Source of the DNA: Ascoidea asiatica JCM 7603
Lineage: Eukaryota > Fungi > Ascomycota
Assembly (NCBI GenBank): GCA_001600695.1
Contig: BCKQ01000007.1
Coordinates: forward strand, 52,742 to 58,632
DNA: 5,891 nt
Direction: 5' to 3'
Shown one piece after another: positions 1 to 5,891 of this stretch (positions are counted from its first letter, which is position 1; each line of letters opens with the position of its first letter). The translations under genes and the position numbers were made by a program. The notes under the pieces are model-generated. The model worked only from the letters and a program-made list of their open reading frames with translations, searched no databases and had not been told where the DNA came from.

Positions 1-9
1 AGTGTTGCT

Positions 10-17
10 GTCACGTG
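10..17 (+). promoter_or_regulatory. Cbf1/bHLH E-box site GTCACGTG (RTCACGTG, CDEI-type consensus)
   Basis: Exact match to RTCACGTG inside a 56% GC patch (bases 1-100) in otherwise very AT-rich DNA. Confidence 0.45.
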
Positions 18-126
18 CCCGCTGAATAGGGCAATCGTAAACAGCGCCGTCTGAGCGCTTGTTTGCTTGGAGCTGAGCAACGCAGCGGAGTCTGGCAATT
101 GCTAACAAAAGCAGACAAGAACAGAG

Positions 127-155
127 GAAAGAAAGAAAGAAAGAAAGAAAGAAAG
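127..155 (+). repeat. (GAAA)7 tetranucleotide microsatellite
   Basis: Seven perfect GAAA units at 127-154 plus G. Confidence 0.95.
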
Positions 156-189
156 CACTGAGGAAAAAGAGAGCAGGAAGAAGAAGAGC

Positions 190-232
190 AAAAGAAGAGG
201 AAAAGAAGAGGAAAAGAAGAAAAGAAGAGAAA
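190..232 (+). repeat. Pure polypurine tract with 11-bp unit AAAAGAAGAGG (2 perfect plus 2 truncated copies)
   Basis: 43 consecutive purines; units at 190-200, 201-211, 212-219, 220-229. Confidence 0.9.
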
Positions 233-328
233 TACGCTACTGAATATAAGAGCCAGAAGCGAGTATCCAGCATAAACATACAAAATAGTATCAAACAAAC
301 ATCGTATCAAATACCAAATATAATAACA

Positions 329-377
329 TAGTAATATAATAGTATAGTAGTATAATAGTAGTATAATAGTAGTGTAA
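329..377 (+). repeat. 11-bp minisatellite TAGTAGTATAA
   Basis: Copies at 345-355, 356-366, 367-377 (1 mismatch), a variant at 329-339 and a partial at 340-344. Confidence 0.9.
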
Positions 378-469
378 TACCAATATTATATCCAAATAGC
401 AAATAAAATTCATATTCTATGACTTGCTTTTCATAACTCCTTCTCTAACTCAAATTTATAATATAATCA

Positions 470-505
470 AACAATCAAATAACAATCAAATAACAATCAA
501 ATAAC
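470..505 (+). repeat. 11-bp minisatellite AACAATCAAAT x3.3
   Basis: Perfect copies at 470-480, 481-491, 492-502, then AAC. Confidence 0.95.
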
Positions 506-590
506 CATTTACTGGTAATTTATATAATTCCAGTTCATTAATTATATTGAATGTGTCAAGTTTCATTTTTATAGTCACTTGCTTCAGCAG

Positions 591-640
591 TTATTTATTT
601 ATTTATTTATTAATAATATAATAATATAATAATATAATAA
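591..640 (+). repeat. Adjacent (TTAT)5 and (TAATAATA)3.75 microsatellites
   Basis: TTAT x5 at 591-610; TAATAATA at 611-618, 619-626, 627-634, partial 635-640. Confidence 0.9.
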
Positions 641-1173
641 TCATTAATCATTTTTAAAACCATTTTTTTTCTTATATTTTTTTTTTATTTTTTTTATTAC
701 TTTCAAAAATAAAACAAAAATTTACTCATCTTCATCATATCAAATAAAACATATAGTATAATTCTCAAAATTTACAATAAGTAAAATTTATTATCATTTT
801 CAATATTTATCAATAATTATATATACTTAGTTATATAATTATATAATTGATAATTATACCTCATATCATTTACATTATAATTCTTATTAATCAATAGCTC
901 TTTTCGCTATATATATATCCCCTACTTAATATATCTCATATATCAAACACTTTTGATTCATTCAATATAATATATTCATTTAAATATATTCAATATATTA
1001 CACCTTAATAATAATATACTCAATTCGCTTTAACTTGTTTATTCTTGAAACTTTTGCTTTATTCTACTATATTGTATTATATTATATTATATTCTATTTT
1101 ATCTTAATATAATACAATATATTCTTTAACGTTACTTTCTTGTCTTTTTATTACATTTTATCCTATCTTAGCA

Positions 1174-1205
1174 TATTCTATTTTATTCTATTATATTCTA
1201 ATCTA
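1174..1205 (+). repeat. Degenerate 5-bp repeat (TATTN)n just upstream of the start codon; similar array at about 1068-1100
   Basis: TATTC TATTT TATTC TATTA TATTC TAATC TA. Confidence 0.75.
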
Positions 1206-1228
1206 GTTCACTCAAATTAAATTTCAAA

Positions 1229-1453
1229 ATGTTTAGAGGTAATCAAAATATAAATCCAAACAACCTCAATCCTAATATTCCACTCAATAATAATAACAAC
1301 AATAACAATAACAACAATAACAATAATAACAATAACAATAACAATAATAACAATCAACCAAATAATATTCAACCAAATAATAATCAACAAAATATTAATC
1401 AACAAATGACTAATAATATTAATAATAATGGCAATAACAATAATGCCAATAAC

Positions 1454-1489
<36 letters not shown>

Positions 1490-4400
1490 TTCATTAATAG
1501 TAATGTAATAAATTATAGATATGAATGGCAAAAGATTTTTCCAAAAGATGAAAGAAGAAAAGCAGTAACTTTTTTATTATTAGATCTTGATAAAGTTCCA
1601 ATAAATGGTAGACAAAGTTTTGTAAATCAAATTAGAATCTTAGAAAATAAATTATTCTTAAGTTCAATTGATCAAAGTATTTATAAAAAAGGTATAATTA
1701 ATGTTAAAAAAAATTTACAAACTCAATTATTAAATAGTCAAAATAATCAAAATAATCAAAATAATCAAAATAATCGAAATAATCAAAATAATCGAAATAT
1801 TAATCAAAATATTAATCAAAATATTAATCAAAATAATAATCAAAATAATAATCAAAATAATAATCAACAACCTAATCAACCTAATCAACCAAATCAACCA
1901 AATCAACCAAATCAACCAAATCAACCTAATACATCTATTTCACCTAATCAAACAAATCAAACAAATCAAACAAATCAATCAAATCAACCTATTTCTTCTA
2001 ATGCACCAAGTCAACCAAATCAAAATCCTATTAACCCTTCAATTCAACCAAATCAATTAAATCAACAAAATCAACAAAACCCATTACTTCAACTGGTTCC
2101 AGTTCAAAATCAAAATCAAAATCAAAATCAAAATCAAAATCAAAATCAAACTCAATCACAACAGCCAAAACAATTATCTCGTTCATTTCCACCAACTACA
2201 AATATTACTGTTCTCTCTCAACAAATTGCTTTAAATTCAAATTTTCATGCAAGTTTATATAATATTAAAAATTTTCCTCAACATTTAAAAACTTGGAGAG
2301 AATTAATTGATTATGTTAAACAAAATAAATTTGAACCATCAAATATTCAATTAATTTCAAGAGCTTTTGAAGAAAGAGTACTTCAAGTTTCAAATCAATT
2401 AAAACTTTATCAAGCTAAACAATTTCAAAATCAACAAATTAAAAATAATCAAAATAATCAAAATAATCAAAATAATCAAAATAATCAAAATAATCAAAAT
2501 TTAGTTCAACCAATTAATAAACCAAATATTAATAACACCAATAATAACAATAGCAACAACAATAATAATAATAATAATAATAATAACAATAACAATATCA
2601 ACAATACAATTCAAAATCAATTACTTTCTCCATTGAATCAACAACAAAATAATTCTTTACAAAATGCTTTACCAATTAAACCAAATTTAAATAATAATTT
2701 ACCCAGCGCTAATATTAATAATACCAATAATAATAATAATAATAACTTAACCGCCAACACTAATAATAACAATAATAATCTTCAACCAATTCAAGATAAT
2801 AAGTCTAATGTTATTTCTCCAATTCAAAATCCTCGTCAACAAATTCCTCAAAATAATAATCAAAATAATAATCAAAATAATAATCAAAATAATAGTGTAA
2901 CTCCACAATCATCGCAAGTTCAACAAAATAATGCTTCAATGCTGTCAAAAACTAGAGCTATTAATGAAGCTCTTATTCGTAAATTAAAAGCTCAAGCTAT
3001 TGCAAATTATGAAAATTTAGTAAGTCAAAATAGAATTGAAGATCCAATTGAATTTAAAACTACTTTTCTTCAAAACTTCGTTAATGAAAGATATCAACAA
3101 GTTTTAAAAAGACAAGCTGCTCTTGCTGAACAAAATAAAAGAAGACAACAACAACAACTTCAAAACCAAAACCAAAATCAAAATCAAAATCAAGGTACAA
3201 ATCAACCAATTTCTAATAACGGAATGCCACAAACTGCAAATTGGCCAACTGGAAATCCAACTACAACTGGAAATAACAACAATAATAATATGAAACCTCA
3301 AGTTCCTGCTGTAAATATTGTTCCAAGCGCTAATACTTCTTTACCTTTAAATGCAAATAATAATCCTCAATTACCATTTTCACCTCAAGTTAGGCAATTA
3401 CAAAATAATAATCAACTCATTCCTCCAAATAATTTAAATCAAAATGCCAATCAAAATAATTTAATGTTAAATCCTCAACAAAATAATCAACAAAATAATC
3501 AACAAAATAATCAACAAATCAGATCTTCACCAATGGCAAATATTAATAATATTATTAATCCAAGTAAAGGTGAATTATTTAAAAAAAAAATCAATGAACT
3601 TAAAAATCAAGTTAGTGTATATAGAGTTCCTGAAAATGATATGTCCTCAAATTTATCAATTGAAGAAAAAAATAAAATTGTTATTTTAGTTAAAGAAACA
3701 AGAAAAAATATTGAAGATATTGAAAATAAAAAACTTTTTTTATATGATTTATGTTATTCCAATAATGATGAAAGATATGTAAGAGCTTTATCATATTTAA
3801 AAATTTATAAAGCTATAATTGCAGGTTTAACCGCTGGAAGATTTCTTTTAAATTTTGAGCATATTTCTAAAATTATTGGTTCAATTTTAAAATGTGGTAG
3901 ATTTTGTGAAATTGAAATTGGAAAAGTTAGACAACAACAAAAATTACAACAACAACATCAACAACAGCAACAGCAACAGCAACAACAACAACAAGGTAAT
4001 TTTAATTCTCAAATAACAGCTTCTCCTCTGATTAATCCAGCTAACTTAGGAAGTTCTCCAAGAAATATGGCAAGACCTTTACCAGCTCAAATGATTCCAG
4101 TAGGTTCTCAACAGAATCCAATGATTAATGTTCCTGTTAATAATTTCCTGCCTCAGATGAATATGAAACCATCTCCTTTAGTTAATAATATAAATATTAA
4201 TTCACCATTAATCAATAATCTTGGCCAAAATCCTTTAAACAGAGCTACAAATATGCTGAAAAATAATTCAAATCAGTTACCAAATAATCAACCTTCAAAT
4301 CTTCAACAACAGCAACAGCAAGCAATTAGTATTAATCAAAATCAAGTTCCTAATATCCCTGCTCCGACTACAAAACCAAGTACATCCCCCAAAAGAGGAC

Positions 4401-5503
4401 GAAAACCATCTGCAGCAAAGAAGAAAAATCAAAAAAATGCAAATAAAAATCTACCTCCAACTACAAGGGTTGTAGAAGTTGCTTCTGATATTAATCAAAA
4501 TATTAAGGATAATAAAATAAACAATTCCATTAATAATAATCCAAATGTTAACGTTCCAAAAATTGAAACTCCTGCTTCTTTTCCTCCATTAACACCTAGT
4601 AATAATTTAGGTACAACACCTTATATTAAAACTGAAACACCAGGAGCTAATAATTCGGTTTCCAATACCAAATCAAATTCTAATTTGAATTCTAAACATA
4701 TTAATCTTAATATCAAAAAAGAAGAATTAGAATCTCTAAATAAGGATGAAGCTACAAGACAGCAAATTCAAATGAATAAAACTGTAAGACAAAAATTAAT
4801 TAAAACAAATCCTGAAAAATATTTTTTATCTACTTTTGCTAGAGCTGTTGAACTTTCAGATACTAAATACGATGAAATTATCAAACAAATAACAAGTGGT
4901 AATAATGATGATGATGATACTCAAATGTGTTCTATAAACAAAAATAATTTCAATGAGGCTCCTGTTACAATAAAGCCCGAATCATTGATGTCAAAGGGTA
5001 TTTCACCAGGATCTTTACAAAACAATACAAAAACTCCTCGTTCTCATTCTTTAATGTCACCAAATCTTTCACCAAATCTCATCATGAAACAAAGTATTAA
5101 TGAAGGTGTGGCTGTTCCAACTCCAGCTTCCAATGAAAATAAACCAGTAGAACCTTGGAAAGCAAGGATTGATACCCAAACTATAAGAAATGCATTTAAA
5201 GAAGTTTCTGCTATTAATTCTTCCCTTTTAGCTACCATGCCTACACCACCTCAAGATTTTCAAGTGGTTAATCCTGCTTCAGATATTTTTCAAGACATTA
5301 GGCAAAACCCTGAGGATGATAATAATGGTCTGTTAAAAAGAAAATCTGAAGATGAAGAAGGTTCAAGTAAACGTATTAAATTAGAAGAAAATATCAATGG
5401 TACTGGTTTATTAACCGAGGATCCAGGTTTGGATCTTAATTTTGATGATATATTTAACTTTTCTGGTACTGAAGATAATGAGGATACTTTAGGTATCTCT
5501 TGA
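1229..5503 (+). CDS. GAL11: Mediator of RNA polymerase II transcription subunit 15 (Gal11/Med15 homolog), N/Q-rich, 1424 aa, no introns evident
   Basis: Uninterrupted ORF from ATG 1229 (A-rich context TTCAAAATG) to TGA 5501-5503. Folded islands occur in the fungal Med15 order KIX, ABD1, ABD2, ABD3, C-terminal region, separated by Q/N low-complexity linkers. The ABD1 segment IKNFPQHLKTWRELIDYVKQNKFEPSNIQLISRAF aligns by eye to recalled S. cerevisiae Gal11 IPNIPPNINTWQQVTALAQQKLLTPQDMEAAKEVY. Confidence 0.88.
1286..1489 (+). repeat. Coding poly-Asn tracts: N23 (1286-1354, mixed AAT/AAC) and N14 (1448-1489, including pure (AAT)12)
   Basis: Read directly from the sequence. Confidence 0.95.
1514..1735 (+). 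other. KIX-like three-helix domain (aa ~96-169) of Med15
   Basis: W(100)QKIFPKDERRKAVTFLLLDL...ING...QIRILENKLFLSSIDQSIYKKGI resembles the recalled Gal11 KIX pattern (ERAKNVNGLLQVL..NG..KNFEAALFAKSSSKKEYMDSM), including ER, E-xx-LF and S-x4-Y. Confidence 0.8.
1739..1984 (+). repeat. Compound coding minisatellite: QNN, RNN, QNIN, QNNN, (QPN)7, (QTN)3, QSN
   Basis: 9- and 12-nt units; (CAA CCT/CCA AAT)7 at 1868-1930; (CAAACAAAT)3 at 1949-1975. Confidence 0.95.
2105..2146 (+). repeat. Coding (CAAAAT)7, encoding (QN)7
   Basis: Seven perfect hexamers. Confidence 0.95.
2210..2428 (+). other. Gal11 activator-binding domain 1 (ABD1)-like segment (aa ~328-400)
   Basis: Conserved I-x-N-x-P-x-x-x-x-TW motif (W356 at 2294) followed by amphipathic helices, as in Gal11 ABD1. 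Confidence 0.8.
2444..2497 (+). repeat. Coding (AATAATCAA)6, encoding (NNQ)6
   Basis: Six perfect 9-mers. Confidence 0.95.
2849..2893 (+). repeat. Coding (CAAAATAATAAT)3.75, encoding (QNNN)n
   Basis: Perfect 12-mers. Confidence 0.9.
2945..3145 (+). other. ABD2-like helical segment (aa ~573-639)
   Basis: LKAQAIANYENL...FKTTFLQNFVNERYQQVLK resembles recalled Gal11 ABD2 (LLQEAIETCKNFE...VKQSFIRKYINQKALRKI) and lies between ABD1 and ABD3. Confidence 0.6.
3476..3517 (+). repeat. Coding (CAACAAAATAAT)3.5, encoding (QQNN)n
   Basis: Perfect 12-mers. Confidence 0.9.
3566..3931 (+). other. ABD3 / fungal Med15 domain-like segment (aa ~780-901)
   Basis: About 120-aa high-complexity helical island (DMSSNLSIEEKNKI...GRFLLNFEHI) in the expected position, immediately followed by a polyQ tract as in fungal Med15. 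Confidence 0.6.
3932..3994 (+). repeat. Coding polyQ tract QQQKLQQQH(Q)12, mixed CAA/CAG
   Basis: Read directly; follows the ABD3-like segment. Confidence 0.95.
4745..5206 (+). other. C-terminal Mediator-association-like region with motifs RQKLIKTNPEKYFLSTFARAVEL (within 4745-4861) and PWKARIDTQTIRNAFKEV (5153-5206)
   Basis: Two short ordered motifs resembling recalled conserved C-terminal blocks of yeast Gal11 proteins (P-xx-F/Y-F-xx and W-x-x-x-I-x4-I-xx-AF-xx-V). Confidence 0.55.
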
Positions 5504-5648
5504 TGTTTATGCTATTTGCATTAGTGTATTATAATTGGGGTATGGTTTTCGTGTTTCAGTTTAAAATTTTGTATTTACAAATTATGATATTATTTTTGTA
5601 GATTTTTATGTTTCTTAAAAGTTTCTTCAAATTGTCTTTTTGTTTCAA

Positions 5649-5708
5649 TTTTTTTTTTTTATTTTTGTTTTTGTTTTTGTTTATTTTTTTTTTTTTTTTT
5701 TTTTTTTT
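5649..5708 (+). repeat. T-rich 3' tract: T12, (TTTTTG)3, T25
   Basis: T12 at 5649-5660, TTTTTG units at 5662-5679, T25 at 5684-5708. Confidence 0.9.
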
Positions 5709-5798
5709 ACAATAGGTAACAAACATATAAACTGAAACCATTGATTTATGTTTTATATTTTGTTCAATTAATATTTCATGAGAGATAGTTATTTCATT

Positions 5799-5872
5799 TA
5801 TATATGCTTTGTTAGTTTAATCTTATGCTTAAATACCATATTTTCTCAAACACAACATTTATTAAAAATAAA
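5799..5872 (+). terminator. Possible yeast-type 3'-end formation signals (TATATA efficiency element, AATAAA positioning element)
   Basis: TATATA at 5799-5804 and AATAAA at 5867-5872. Both are common by chance in AT-rich DNA. Confidence 0.25.
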
Positions 5873-5891
5873 CTACATATTGAGCATGCAA

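Noticed and set aside
10-130. Point centromere (CDEI-like GTCACGTG)
   Set aside because: It is followed by GC-rich DNA rather than a >90% AT CDEII, and no CDEIII is present.
11-310. 99-aa minus-strand F/L/S-rich ORF resembling a membrane protein
   Set aside because: Its hydrophobicity comes from reading the polypurine repeats as TTC/CTT/TCT. The track begins at a non-ATG codon and there is no recognisable family.
190-505. Upstream repeats as a CRISPR array or telomeric repeat
   Set aside because: Head-to-tail units with no unique spacers, eukaryotic context, few copies and three different units.
100-1228. Possible 5' UTR intron (CTAAC at 102-106 and 444-448, CTAG at 1203-1206)
   Set aside because: No GTATGT/GTAAGT donor and no TACTAAC branch point near the candidate acceptor.
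1217-1531. 104-aa poly-Ile/Val minus-strand ORF
   Set aside because: Antisense shadow of the AAT/AAC poly-Asn codons.
1730-1924. 64-aa (LIW/LII)n minus-strand ORF
   Set aside because: Antisense shadow of the QPN/QNN repeats.
3104-3301. 65-aa minus-strand ORF
   Set aside because: Short, antisense to the main CDS, low complexity.
5044-5238. 64-aa minus-strand ORF
   Set aside because: Short antisense overlap with a conserved part of Med15; no independent evidence.
1229-5503. Dictyostelium or Plasmodium origin suggested by poly-Asn and AT richness
   Set aside because: The ABD1-3 arrangement and C-terminal motifs match budding-yeast Gal11, so a yeast host is more likely. Not formally excluded without a search.
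5556-5741. 61-aa poly-Lys minus-strand ORF
   Set aside because: Produced by the T25 and TTTTTG tracts; not credible as coding.

Overview
Very AT-rich eukaryotic DNA, most likely from a budding yeast (Saccharomycotina). One intronless + strand gene (1229-5503, 1424 aa) encodes a Mediator tail subunit, Med15/Gal11. It has an N-terminal KIX-like domain, three activator-binding-domain-like segments (ABD1-3) and a C-terminal Mediator-association-like region, joined by large Asn/Gln-rich linkers built from codon-level tandem repeats. Upstream lie about 1.2 kb of non-coding DNA: a GC-rich patch with a Cbf1-type motif, a polypurine tract, several mini/microsatellites and a long G-poor, ATG-free leader. 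Downstream is a T-rich 3' region. The five minus-strand ORFs are low-complexity shadows. I found no mobile element, CRISPR array, RNA gene or clearly new biological system. The best leads are possible non-standard CUG decoding, Asn-dominated prion-like linkers with a 95-aa extension before KIX, a C-terminal cluster of IKxE SUMO motifs, an AT-hook-like/CDK motif, and three unrelated 11-bp-period repeats upstream. Domain assignments rest on recalled similarity to S. cerevisiae and Candida Gal11, not on a database search.
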